Shown piece by piece: positions 49,802 to 60,051 of a DNA stretch of 64,000 nucleotides. The notes beneath the pieces are model-generated. The model saw only the letters and a program-made list of their open reading frames with translations. It did no database searches and was not told the DNA's origin. The stretch spans positions 640,379 to 704,378 of the forward strand of contig JADKAF010000001.1 in NCBI GenBank assembly GCA_016719295.1. The letters are read 5' to 3'. The position numbers were made by a program, and so were the translations under genes. This stretch comes from Planctomycetota bacterium (GTDB lineage Bacteria > Planctomycetota > UBA1135 > JADKAF01). Position 1 is the stretch's first letter; each line of letters opens with the position of its first letter.

Positions 49802-51550
49802 TCAGTAGCCGGCGGCCTGCCCGTCCTTGCGACCTTCGGAGGCGGCGATCCAGACCCCGTCGCCGCGCTGGATGGCCTGGAAGCCGCCGTAGCCGTCGAC
49901 CTTGCGCCCGGTGCGATGGCCCAGCGACTCGAGCTCGCGCAGCACGGCATCCGGGAATCCGCTCTCGAAGGTCGTGATCCCGCCGCCGTCGGCCGCCCGT
50001 CCGGTCGGATCGGCCGAGCCGTCGTGCGCCCAGCGCGCGGCGTCGCCCGCGGCTTGCAAGGGGAGGCGGAAGTCGATCAGGTTCGTCAAGAGCTGCACAT
50101 GGCCCTGCGGCTGCAGGTCGCCGCCCATCACGCCGAAGGCGAGCCACGGCTCGCCGTCCTTCATCGCGAAGCCGGGGATGATCGTGTGGAACGGGCGCTT
50201 GCCCGGCGCATAGCAGTTGGGATGCGCGGGATCGAGAGCGAAGAGCTCGCCGCGGTCCTGCAGCACGAAGCCCGCGCCGTCGGGCACGATGCCGCTGCCC
50301 ATGCCGCGGAAGTTGCTCTGGATCCAGGACACCATCATGCCGTTCGCGTCGGCGGCGCAGAGGTAGATCGTGTCGCCCTCCTTCAGCGGCTCGGCACCGG
50401 GCTCGAGCGCGCCCGCGGCTCGCTGCGGATCGAAGAGCTTCCAGCGCTCGCGCGCGTACTCCTTCGAGAGCAGGCGCTCGAGCGGCGCCTTCGCGAACGC
50501 GGGATCGGCGTAGAGCCGCGCGCGATCGGCGAAGGCGATCTTCTTCGCTTCGATCAGCGCGTGGAGGTGCGCGGCGCTGCCATAGCGCAGCGCGCCCAGC
50601 TCGACTTGCTCGAGCAAGTTCAGCATCTGCAGCGCGGCGAGGCCTTGGCCGTTCGGCGGCAGCTCGAAGACGCGGACGCCGCGATAGGTCGTCGAGAGCG
50701 GCTCTTGCCACTCCGAGCGATGCGCTGCGAGATCCTCGAGTGCGAGGAAGCCGCCGGCGCGCTGCACCGAGTGAACGATGCGCTCGGCGAGGTCGCCCTC
50801 GTAGAAGCCCGCGCGCCCGCGAGCGGCGATCGCGCGATAGCTGCGCGCGAGATCGGGATTCTTGAAGAGCTCCGCTTCGCGGGGGGAACGTCCGCCGGGC
50901 AGGAACACGCGCGAGAACTCCTCGTAGCGGCCGAGCCGCGGCGCGCTGAGCGCCCAGTAGTGCGCGACGAGCTCGGTGACGGGGAAGCCCTCCTCCGCCG
51001 CGGCGATCGCGGGGGCCAGCAGGCGCGCGAGTGCCAGCTTGCCGAACTTCGCATGCAGCTCGATCCAGGCATCGACGCAGCCGGGCACGCTGATCGGCAG
51101 CGGCCCGAGCGGTGGGATGCCGTTCGGCGCGAGCTCGCGCAGCTTCTCCAGCGTGAGGGAACGCGGCGAGCGGCCCGAGCCGTTCAACCCATGCAGGCGC
51201 TTCGTCGCGGGATCCCAGACCAGGGCGAAGAGATCGCCGCCGATGCCGCAGCCAGTGGGCTCCATCAGGCCCAGCGCGGCGTTCGCGGCGAGGGCCGCGT
51301 CGACGGCGCTGCCGCCCTCCTCGAGCACGCGGAGGCCGATCTGCGTCGCCAGCGGATGCGAGGTCGCGATCGCGCCATGGCGCGCGAGCACGGCCGAGCG
51401 CGACGCGGCGCGGGCGCCGCTCAGGCGATCGCCGCGGGCGGCGAGGGCGGCGGCCTCTTGGGCGGGGCAGGGCATCGTGCAGAGCAGGAGGAGGAATGCG
51501 GTGGGGAGTGCGCGCGCGCCGCGCGCGCGGTCGCTCGTGGGCGTGCGCAT
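49802..51550 (-). CDS. ggt: gamma-glutamyltranspeptidase
   Basis: Conserved GGT blocks including the autocatalytic-site region TTH… and GGDLQPQG. Signal peptide from the ATG at 51550. Confidence 0.85.
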   Translation of the reverse strand: MRTPTSDRARGARALPTAFLLLLCTMPCPAQEAAALAARGDRLSGARAASRSAVLARHGAIATSHPLATQIGLRVLEEGGSAVDAALAANAALGLMEPTGCGIGGDLFALVWDPATKRLHGLNGSGRSPRSLTLEKLRELAPNGIPPLGPLPISVPGCVDAWIELHAKFGKLALARLLAPAIAAAEEGFPVTELVAHYWALSAPRLGRYEEFSRVFLPGGRSPREAELFKNPDLARSYRAIAARGRAGFYEGDLAERIVHSVQRAGGFLALEDLAAHRSEWQEPLSTTYRGVRVFELPPNGQGLAALQMLNLLEQVELGALRYGSAAHLHALIEAKKIAFADRARLYADPAFAKAPLERLLSKEYARERWKLFDPQRAAGALEPGAEPLKEGDTIYLCAADANGMMVSWIQSNFRGMGSGIVPDGAGFVLQDRGELFALDPAHPNCYAPGKRPFHTIIPGFAMKDGEPWLAFGVMGGDLQPQGHVQLLTNLIDFRLPLQAAGDAARWAHDGSADPTGRAADGGGITTFESGFPDAVLRELESLGHRTGRKVDGYGGFQAIQRGDGVWIAASEGRKDGQAAGY

Positions 51551-51705
51551 CGCCGCATTCCCGCCGCGCGGGGGGGCGCGCGTCAACTCGCCGCCTGCGG
51601 CGTTCCCCCTCGTGGCTCGGCGCGGGCGGGATCGCTAGGATGCCGCGCCCCCGCGTCGCGAGGGGGTCCCCGTCGTCACGCCTAACGAGTCGCACGAGCC
51701 GCCCG

Positions 51706-53121
<1,416 letters not shown>

Positions 53122-53132
53122 CCCCCCTCCGG

Positions 53133-53215
53133 CGAAACCGAACGTACGGTGCCAGAGCAAATTCCTCCGGTTGCTAACCGGAGGAATTTGCTCTGGCACC
53201 GTACGTTCGGTTTCG
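53133..53215. repeat. 83 bp perfect palindrome (40 bp arms, 3 nt loop) between convergent genes
   Basis: cgaaaccgaacgtacggtgccagagcaaattcctccggtt-gct-aaccggaggaatttgctctggcaccgtacgttcggtttcg. Followed by two short palindromes and a third arm copy at 53261-53284. Confidence 0.8.
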
Positions 53216-53260
53216 AACCGGAGAGATGTTTGCCGGTTCAACGGCTGACGCCGTTGAGAC

Positions 53261-53284
53261 TGCTCTGGCACCGTACGCTCGGTT
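53261..53284. repeat. third copy of the palindrome arm (tgctctggcaccgtacgctcggtt) overlapping the ROK stop codon
   Basis: 23/24 identity to arm 53192-53215. Confidence 0.6.
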
Positions 53285-54290
53285 AGCGGGAGTGGAGCTC
53301 GCCGTAGCCGAAGAGGGCGGCGGCGAGGGCTTGCTTCATGCCGCGCTCGGCGCCGAGGGTCGAGGGGAGGATCTTCAGGCGTTCGACGGCGCGGGGAAGG
53401 GCTTCGCGCTCGAGGACGGCGCGGGCGCCGGGGTGGAAGAGCTCCGGATAGGCGCTGCCGATCGTGCCCAGGACGAAGACGTCTGGGTTCAGGAGGTCAG
53501 TGAGGAGCGCCATCAAGCGGCCGAGCGCGTCGGCGGCGCGATCGGTGGCGCGCTTCGCGGCGGCATCGCCGGAAGCGGCGGCGCGACAGAGCTCCTCCGC
53601 ATCGAAGCGCGGGTGATCGTGGGTGAGCGGCCAGAGGCGGGTGGTCTCTCCGCGCTGTCGCGCGATGCGCGCTTCGGCCTCGCCGAGCTGGACGAGGCCG
53701 GGACCGGAGAGATAGCCCTCGACGCTGCCGCGTTTGCCGAAGCCCACCGGCCCGTCGGGATCGAGGCGCAGGTGGCCGATCTCGCCGGCGAGATCGTCGG
53801 GCCCTTCGTAGAGCCGCCCGCCGATCACGAGCCCCGCACCCATGCCGGTGCTCATCGTGAAGAAGACGCTCGTCGAGGCGCCGCGAGCGGCACCCCAGAG
53901 CGACTCGGCGAGCGCGCCGGCGTTCGCGTCGTTCATCAATCGCACGTGCGGCGATCCGAGGCGCAGCAGCTCCTCGCGCACGGCGAAGCGATGCCAGGCG
54001 GGCATGTTCGGCGGATCGAGGAAGCGCCCTTCGCGGCTCGACATGGGGCCGGGGCACGCGACGCCGAGCGCGAGCGGGTCCTCGCCGGGATGCAGCGCCT
54101 GCAGCGCGCGGAGGCGATCGAGGGCCTGCGCTAGCGCCGCGCGCGGGTCCAGGCTCGCCGCCGGGAAGCGCTCGCCGACGAGCACCTCGCCCGCGGCGTT
54201 GCCGATGCAGACGCCGATCTTCGTGCCGCCGATGTCGAGGCCCCAGACGCGGCGCTCGCCCGCGCGCGATGCCTGAGCCGAGGTCTCCAT
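53283..54290 (-). CDS. ROK family sugar kinase/regulator
   Basis: LDIGGTKIGVCIG ATP-binding start. ROK signature region with conserved His/Cys. Confidence 0.85.
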   Translation of the reverse strand: METSAQASRAGERRVWGLDIGGTKIGVCIGNAAGEVLVGERFPAASLDPRAALAQALDRLRALQALHPGEDPLALGVACPGPMSSREGRFLDPPNMPAWHRFAVREELLRLGSPHVRLMNDANAGALAESLWGAARGASTSVFFTMSTGMGAGLVIGGRLYEGPDDLAGEIGHLRLDPDGPVGFGKRGSVEGYLSGPGLVQLGEAEARIARQRGETTRLWPLTHDHPRFDAEELCRAAASGDAAAKRATDRAADALGRLMALLTDLLNPDVFVLGTIGSAYPELFHPGARAVLEREALPRAVERLKILPSTLGAERGMKQALAAALFGYGELHSR

Positions 54291-54291
54291 C

Positions 54292-55527
54292 TCAACGCAC
54301 CTCGTCGCTCACGAGCTCGCCGTCGATCACGACGCCGATCACGTGCGAGGTCGTCTCGAAGGGATCGCCATCGAAGAGCACGAGGTCCGCGTCCTTGCCG
54401 ACCTCGAGCGAGCCCACGCGCGCCTCGATGCGCAGGAGCCGCGCCGCATCGGAGGTGATCGCCGCGAGGGCCGCTTCGCGCGGCAAGCCGTAGGCGGCGG
54501 CCATCGCGGCTTCCCACAGCACGACGCGCGTCTTCGGAACGTAGCTCTCGTAGCCGCTCTGCAGCGCGAAGCGGAGGCCCTCGCGATGCAGCAGCGCCGC
54601 CGTCTCCATCGACGCGCTCTCGGTCTCCCCGCGGTGGCGCATCATCGTCGGGTGCAGGATCACCCCGCAGCCTGCCGCGCGCACCTGCGGCAGGACCTGC
54701 GCGATCTCGCTCGCACCGTCCAGCACGAGCTCCAGCGAGAACTCCTGCGCCAAGCGCAGCGCGTTCAAGATGTCGTTCGCGCGATGCGCCGTGAGCAGCA
54801 GAGGGCGCTCGCGCCGGAGCAGCAGCGCCAGCGCTTCCTTCTTGAGCTCCCGCGGCTTCGCGGGGTCCTTCTCGCGCGCGGCGAGATAGGCCTGCGCACC
54901 CAGCAGCTCCTGGCGCAGCAGCGCCACGCGCTTCGCGCGCGTGCCCGGGCCCTTGCCGCCCTCGCCGCGCGCATCGTCGCCGAGGCAACCCGCGATCATC
55001 GCGAGCTCGCGCAGTGAATCCTCCTCGGCCGTGCGCCCGCGCGTCTTCACGATCATCGTCTGACCGGAGAGCAGCGCGAGCGGCGCGTGACCCGTGTGCA
55101 GCGTGGTGACGCCGAGCGAGCGCACCCAGCCGACCAGAGGCTCGCGCGAGTGGAACGCGTCGATCGCGCGGAGCTCGGGCTGCATGGGCGTGCTGCGCTC
55201 GACCTGGTCTTGGTCGTGCGGGACGTTGAGCCAGCCCGCGAGGCCGACCACGCTGTGCGCGTCGATCAGGCCCGGAGTGACCTCCGCGGCGTCGAGCACG
55301 CGCGCGCCGCTCGGGATCGCGATCTGCGAGCGATGGCCGACCTTCGCGATCTTCCCGTCGCGCACATGCACGATGCCGTCGGCGACCTTGGGACCGGCCA
55401 GGGTGTGGAGCAGACGCGCGCGCACGAAGAGCTCTTGCGCTTCGAGTGGCAGGGCGAGCACGGCGAGCAGCGCCGCGGTGCGCGTCGCGTGGCCGAGCAG
55501 GGCCCGCAGAGGAGTGGCGTGGCTCAT
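54292..55527 (-). CDS. secreted amidohydrolase-family metallohydrolase
   Basis: Signal peptide MSHATPLRALLGHATRTAALLAVLALPLEAQ. Amidohydrolase fold with conserved metal-binding His/Asp pattern. ATGA overlap with the upstream paralogue. Confidence 0.75.
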   Translation of the reverse strand: MSHATPLRALLGHATRTAALLAVLALPLEAQELFVRARLLHTLAGPKVADGIVHVRDGKIAKVGHRSQIAIPSGARVLDAAEVTPGLIDAHSVVGLAGWLNVPHDQDQVERSTPMQPELRAIDAFHSREPLVGWVRSLGVTTLHTGHAPLALLSGQTMIVKTRGRTAEEDSLRELAMIAGCLGDDARGEGGKGPGTRAKRVALLRQELLGAQAYLAAREKDPAKPRELKKEALALLLRRERPLLLTAHRANDILNALRLAQEFSLELVLDGASEIAQVLPQVRAAGCGVILHPTMMRHRGETESASMETAALLHREGLRFALQSGYESYVPKTRVVLWEAAMAAAYGLPREAALAAITSDAARLLRIEARVGSLEVGKDADLVLFDGDPFETTSHVIGVVIDGELVSDEVR

Positions 55528-56831
55528 CGCGACACCCCCTCGCAGCAAGAGACGTAGGTCTCGCCTTGCGAGGCGCCGGGACCTCCGACGGCGTAGAGCC
55601 GATCCTCGGGATCGGCGAGATCGAAGACCTTCTGCCCTTCGACCCAGGTCTCGAGCACGCGCGAATAGACGCTGAGCGGATCGCCCGAGAGCACGCAGAA
55701 GTCGGCGTCCTTGCCGATCTCCAAGCTGCCCGTGCGCGCGCCGAGATCGAGCATCTCCGCGCCGGCGAGGGTCGCGCTCTTCAAGGCTCCGGCGCGGGTC
55801 ATGCCGCCGCGCGCACCGAGCGCCGCGGAGCGCAGGAACCAGCGCGAGTCCGTGATCCCGTCATCGGTGTGGAACGCGACCAGCACTCCGTGCTGCTCCA
55901 GCACGGCTCCCGTATCGAGCCGCATGCCGAGCGCTTCCTGCTTGCCGCCGGGAGAGTCGATCACGATCAGCGAGCACGGGGCTTTCGCCGCGGCGATCTC
56001 GCGCGCGGCCAGCGCGCCGTCGCTCACGTGGTGCAGCACCACGCGGAAGCCGAACTCCTGGGCGAGGCGCAGCACGGTCAAGATGTCGTCGTGACGATGC
56101 GTGTGGTGATGCACGACGCGCTGGCCGCGCAGCACTTCGACGAGCGCTTCGAGCCGCAGGTCGCGCGCGGGAGCTTCGCCGTTGCCGGCGGCCGCGGCGT
56201 CGAGCTTCGCGCGGTACTCCTGCGCGCGCACGAACTCTTCGCGCACCAGCGCCGCGGACTTCGCGCGCGTGCCCGGGAACGGGGGAGCCCCGCGCGAGTT
56301 CGTCCCGTTCGCCATCTTGATGCCGCCCATCGCGCGGCCGTTCTCGTCGCGCACGAGCAGCTCTTCCAGCGTGCGGCCGCGGCGCAGCTTCAAGTAGATC
56401 GTCTGCCCGCTCAGCAGATGTCCCGAGCCCGGCATCACGTTGACCAGCGTGAGCCCGCCCGCGCGCGCTTTCGGGAACCCGGAGCTCCGCACGTCGATCG
56501 CGTCGGCGACGCGCACGTCGGGCTGGATGGGCGAGCTCTCGTCGGCGCCCGCGGCGCCGCCGATGTGCGAGTGCGTGCAGACGAGGCCCGGCATCACGAC
56601 GCGGCCCCCGAGCTCGCGCACTTCGGCGTCGGCCGGGATCGCGACCGCGCCGCGCGCGCCGAGCGCCGCGATCCTCCCGCGGTGGAACACGATCGCGCCA
56701 TCCGGGATCTCGGGCGTCGAGACCGGGATCAGGTGGGCGCCGAGCCAGGCGATCGGACGCTCCTGCGCCGACGCGAGCGGAGCGAAGAGCACGAGCAGAG
56801 CCGCGCCGAGGGGACGAGGGAACAGGAGCAC
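55524..56831 (-). CDS. secreted amidohydrolase-family metallohydrolase (paralogue)
   Basis: GTG start giving signal peptide VLLFPRPLGAALLVLFAPLASAQ. HSHIGG metal-binding motif. Start uncertain; alternatives lie upstream. Confidence 0.7.
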   Translation of the reverse strand: MLLFPRPLGAALLVLFAPLASAQERPIAWLGAHLIPVSTPEIPDGAIVFHRGRIAALGARGAVAIPADAEVRELGGRVVMPGLVCTHSHIGGAAGADESSPIQPDVRVADAIDVRSSGFPKARAGGLTLVNVMPGSGHLLSGQTIYLKLRRGRTLEELLVRDENGRAMGGIKMANGTNSRGAPPFPGTRAKSAALVREEFVRAQEYRAKLDAAAAGNGEAPARDLRLEALVEVLRGQRVVHHHTHRHDDILTVLRLAQEFGFRVVLHHVSDGALAAREIAAAKAPCSLIVIDSPGGKQEALGMRLDTGAVLEQHGVLVAFHTDDGITDSRWFLRSAALGARGGMTRAGALKSATLAGAEMLDLGARTGSLEIGKDADFCVLSGDPLSVYSRVLETWVEGQKVFDLADPEDRLYAVGGPGASQGETYVSCCEGVSR

Positions 56832-56978
56832 GCGGCCTCCAGGGGGGCGGCTGAGGTGAGGCGGGATTCTAGGTAGGCGCGGGGTCCGAACCACGCGCGC
56901 GAGGGGGGACGCGTAGGAAATTGTGGACGGGATCTCGAAGATGCGAGGCGTTCGCAATATCTTTCTCGCGGTAACCTC

Positions 56979-57263
56979 ATGATCCTCTGTTGCTGCACCG
57001 GAACCTCCGACCGCGACCTCCGCTCCCTCGTGCGCGAGGGCGCGCGCGATCTGGACCGCCTCGGCGAGGCGACGGGAGCGGGCGCCTGCTGCGGCGGCTG
57101 TCGCCCCGCGCTGCGCGAGCTGCTCCGCGAAGAAGGCGTGCTCGCGAGCGCCGGCACGAGTGGCGGGCGCGTCGAGCTCCGCAGCGACGATGCCGCGGGG
57201 GCGAGCTCCCATGCGCTGGTCCCGTGCGCGGCTCCTTGCGTTCGCTCCGCTTCGGCTCCATAA
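56979..57263 (+). CDS. bfd: bacterioferritin-associated ferredoxin (BFD-like 2Fe-2S)
   Basis: MILCCCTGTSDRDL…ACCGGCRP four-Cys pattern of BFD domains. Confidence 0.7.
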   Translation: MILCCCTGTSDRDLRSLVREGARDLDRLGEATGAGACCGGCRPALRELLREEGVLASAGTSGGRVELRSDDAAGASSHALVPCAAPCVRSASAP

Positions 57264-57319
57264 GCGGCGCGCGTGTAGCCTCGATCAGCGCGCGCGTTCT
57301 CCAACTGCGAGGAGCCCGG

Positions 57320-57790
57320 ATGAAAGGCGATACCGAGATCGTGGCGATCCTGAACGAGGTCCTGACCTCGGAGCTCACGGCGATCAATCAGTACTTCGTG
57401 CACTCCAAGATGTTCCAGAGCTGGGGCTACCAGAAGCTGGCCGCGCAGAAGCGCGAGGAGTCGATCGAAGAGATGCGCCACGCCGATCGCGTGATGGATC
57501 GCATCCTCTTCTTGGAAGGCGTGCCGAACATGCAGCGGCTCTTCCCGGTGCGCGTCGGGGAGAACGTCACCGAGATCCAGAAGGCCGACCTCGCGCTCGA
57601 GGTCGAGGCCATCGCGCGCTTGAACCGCGGCATCGCGCTCTGCACCGCGAAGGGCGACAACGGCACGCGCGAGCTGCTCGCCGCAATCCTCGTCGACGAA
57701 GAGAAGGGCCTCGACGATCTCGAAGCGCAGCTCGGCATCCTCGCGAAGATCGGCGAGGAGCTCTATCTCGCCGATCACATACGGCCGTGA
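57320..57790 (+). CDS. bfr: bacterioferritin
   Basis: MKGDTEIVAILNEVLTSELTAINQYFVHSKMFQSWGY…EEMRHADRVMDRILFLEG; ferritin-like di-iron ligands. 156 aa. Confidence 0.9.
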   Translation: MKGDTEIVAILNEVLTSELTAINQYFVHSKMFQSWGYQKLAAQKREESIEEMRHADRVMDRILFLEGVPNMQRLFPVRVGENVTEIQKADLALEVEAIARLNRGIALCTAKGDNGTRELLAAILVDEEKGLDDLEAQLGILAKIGEELYLADHIRP

Positions 57791-57811
57791 AGCTGCGAAG
57801 CAGCTTCACGG
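57785..57811 (+). terminator. hairpin terminator overlapping the bfr stop
   Basis: ccgtgaagctgc-gaa-gcagcttcacgg, 12 bp perfect stem, followed by atgtatg. Confidence 0.5.
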
Positions 57812-57924
57812 ATGTATGCTGGCACGGCGCCTGACGGCGCCGTAGCGCGATCGGTTGAAACGGCGCTCGACAGGGCTGTCGAAGCCATGCGAGCGCCGGC
57901 TCTGCTGGGTACGAGCGCAGGGTG

Positions 57925-58110
57925 CTACGACTCCGCGCGTCGTTCTTCGTCGCGCGCGGGCGGCTCGCGCCGCCCGCGGCGCCGCAGCGCGTCGCGCAGC
58001 AAGAACTCGATCTGCGCGTTCAGGCTGCGGAGATCCTGCGCCGCCCAGCGCTGCAGCTCGTCGTAGAGCTCGGGCGGGAGGCGCAGGAGGAAGGGCTTGC
58101 GCTCGGCCAC
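57925..58110 (-). CDS. Arc/MetJ-type ribbon-helix-helix DNA-binding protein
   Basis: MAERKPFLLRLPPELYDELQRWAAQDLRSLNAQIEFLLRDAL matches the Arc-like RHH pattern. 5 bp downstream of the SPFH gene. Confidence 0.7.
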   Translation of the reverse strand: MAERKPFLLRLPPELYDELQRWAAQDLRSLNAQIEFLLRDALRRRGRREPPARDEERRAES

Positions 58111-58114
58111 GGTG

Positions 58115-59011
58115 CTAGGAGTACAGCGAGCCCGTGTTCACGACGGGCGTCACTTCGCTGTCGGAGCAGAGCACGACGAGGAGGTTGCTCACCATCTGCG
58201 CCTTGCGCTCCTCGTCGAGCTGCAGGACCTTGCCCTTCTCGAGGAGATGCAGCGCATCCTCGACCATGCCCACGGCGCCCTCGACGATCTTCTTCCGCGC
58301 GGAGATCACCGCATCGGCCTGCTGACGGCGCAGCATGGCTCCAGCGATCTCGGGTGCGTACGCGAGGTGCGAGAGGCGCGCCTCGAGCACATCGACGCCC
58401 GCGAGCGAGAGGCGCTCGTCGAGCTGGGCCTTCAGCTCGCGCGCGACTTCGTCGCGACCGGTGCGCAGCGAGATGCCGTCCTCGCCGGCGTGGTCGTAGG
58501 GATGCGAGCTCGCGAGCTGACGCACCGCCGACTCGCTCTGGATGTGCACGTAGTCGGCGTAGTCATCGACATCGAGCAGCGCCTGCGCCGTGTTGGTGAC
58601 GCGCCAGACGACGACGGCGGCGATCTCGATCGGGTTGCCGGACAGGTCGTTCACCTTCAGCTTCTGCCCGTCGAAGTTGCGCGCGCGCAAGCTGATCATG
58701 CGCTTCACGGTGAACGGGTTCGTCCAGAAGAACCCGTTCCGCAGCACGGAGCCGCGGTAGCTGCCGAAGAGCACGAGCAGGCGCGCTTCGTTCGGGTTCA
58801 CGATGAAGAAGCCCGAGATCAGGGACAGGAGCAGCAAGAGCGAGCTGAGTGCCGGCACCAGCCAGAGCGGCTGCGCCTTCACCTGCGTGAAGCAGACGAT
58901 GGCTCCGGCGGCGAGCGCGAGGCAGAGCACGACGATCGGCCAGCCCGAGAGCGGAGCGAACGGGACTTCTTGGGTCTTGGGGCGTGACATGGGAACCTCC
59001 TCAGACATCAT
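58115..59011 (-). CDS. SPFH/band-7 (stomatin/prohibitin-like) membrane protein
   Basis: N-terminal TM followed by an SPFH domain. 298 aa. Confidence 0.8.
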   Translation of the reverse strand: MMSEEVPMSRPKTQEVPFAPLSGWPIVVLCLALAAGAIVCFTQVKAQPLWLVPALSSLLLLLSLISGFFIVNPNEARLLVLFGSYRGSVLRNGFFWTNPFTVKRMISLRARNFDGQKLKVNDLSGNPIEIAAVVVWRVTNTAQALLDVDDYADYVHIQSESAVRQLASSHPYDHAGEDGISLRTGRDEVARELKAQLDERLSLAGVDVLEARLSHLAYAPEIAGAMLRRQQADAVISARKKIVEGAVGMVEDALHLLEKGKVLQLDEERKAQMVSNLLVVLCSDSEVTPVVNTGSLYS

Positions 59012-59035
59012 GGTGATATCAGTGCGCTAGCTCTC

Positions 59036-59967
59036 TTGCAAGATTCTGGAGAGCTGCGCTGGTCTTCGAGCGCCGATCCCCCGACCATCCGCGGCCCTGG
59101 TGAACCTCGACCCCGCTCGATGAGCACTCCCTCCTCATCGCCGCGCCGCCGGCGCCTCGTTCGCAAGAGCCTGCTCGCGCTGGGCGCCGCGGCGCTCGGC
59201 TGGCTCGGGGCCTACACCGGCGGCGTGATGCAGCTCTCCACGCCGGTCGACCTCGTGCTCTCCGCCTACCCGATCTCGGGGGAGCTGCTGGAGGCTACGC
59301 ACCGTGCGGAGCCCCAATCGCTCGTGATCTTGCTGCACGGCCTCGCCCGCGGCTCACACTCGATGGCGCGCCTCGAGCGCGCGTTGCTCGCCCAGGGCTA
59401 CGAGGTCTGGAACGAAGGCTACGACTCGCGCACGGAGAGCGCCGCCGAGGCCGCCGCACGCATCGGCGCCAGCGTCGTGAAGCGACTGCGGAACCTAGAC
59501 CTCTGGCCGCGCTACGTTCATGCCGTAGGGCACAGCATGGGGGGGCTCGTCCTCCGCCGCATCGAGGCCGATCAACCGATGCTCCGCTTCGCCAGCGTCG
59601 TCTGCCTCGGCTCGCCGCAGCGCGCGGCGCGGTGATGGCCGAAGCGCTGCACCAGGCCTGGCTCTATCGCCTAGCACTCGGCACGCGCGCGAGCCTCGAT
59701 CTCCGACCAGGCGCGGAATTCGTGCGCACTCTGCCAGCGCGCATGAACTGCCAGCTCGGCTCCATCGTCGGAGCCACCGGCACGCCCTGGGGACGCTCGC
59801 GCATCATCCCCGGCGATGACGACGGTCGGGTCGCTCTGCGCGAGACCGAGATCGAAGGCGAGACCGCGCGGCTCGTTCTGCCGCTCGGGCACACGGCGCT
59901 CTGCACCGACGATCGCGTGATCGCGGGCGTGCTGCGATTCCTGAAGAGCGGCCGCTTCGTGAACTGA
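59036..59967 (+). pseudogene. lipase-like alpha/beta hydrolase split by a frameshift at a (GC)n tract
   Basis: ORF 59036..59635 carries the GHSMGG nucleophile and ends …CLGSPQRAAR*. ORF 59632..59967 (frame +2) carries the Asp (DDDGRV) and His (LGHTAL). Removing one GC unit from cagcgcgcggcgcgg restores …LGSPQRGAVMAEALHQ…. Confidence 0.55.
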
Positions 59968-59982
59968 GTGCTCCGGGAACGG

Positions 59983-60023
59983 CGCGAGCGCGCCCCGCGG
60001 CAGCTCCGCGGGGCGCGCTCGCG
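59983..60023. terminator. bidirectional hairpin between convergent genes (18 bp perfect arms, loop cagct)
   Basis: cgcgagcgcgccccgcgg-cagct-ccgcggggcgcgctcgcg. Confidence 0.45.
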
Positions 60024-60051
60024 TTCGAGCGTCAGGATGGACGCGCGCGGG

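Noticed and set aside
56877-56978. Possible Fur box upstream of bfd (…gttcgcaatatctttctcgcg…)
   Set aside because: Only a weak, partial resemblance to GATAATGATAATCATTATC, not enough to call.
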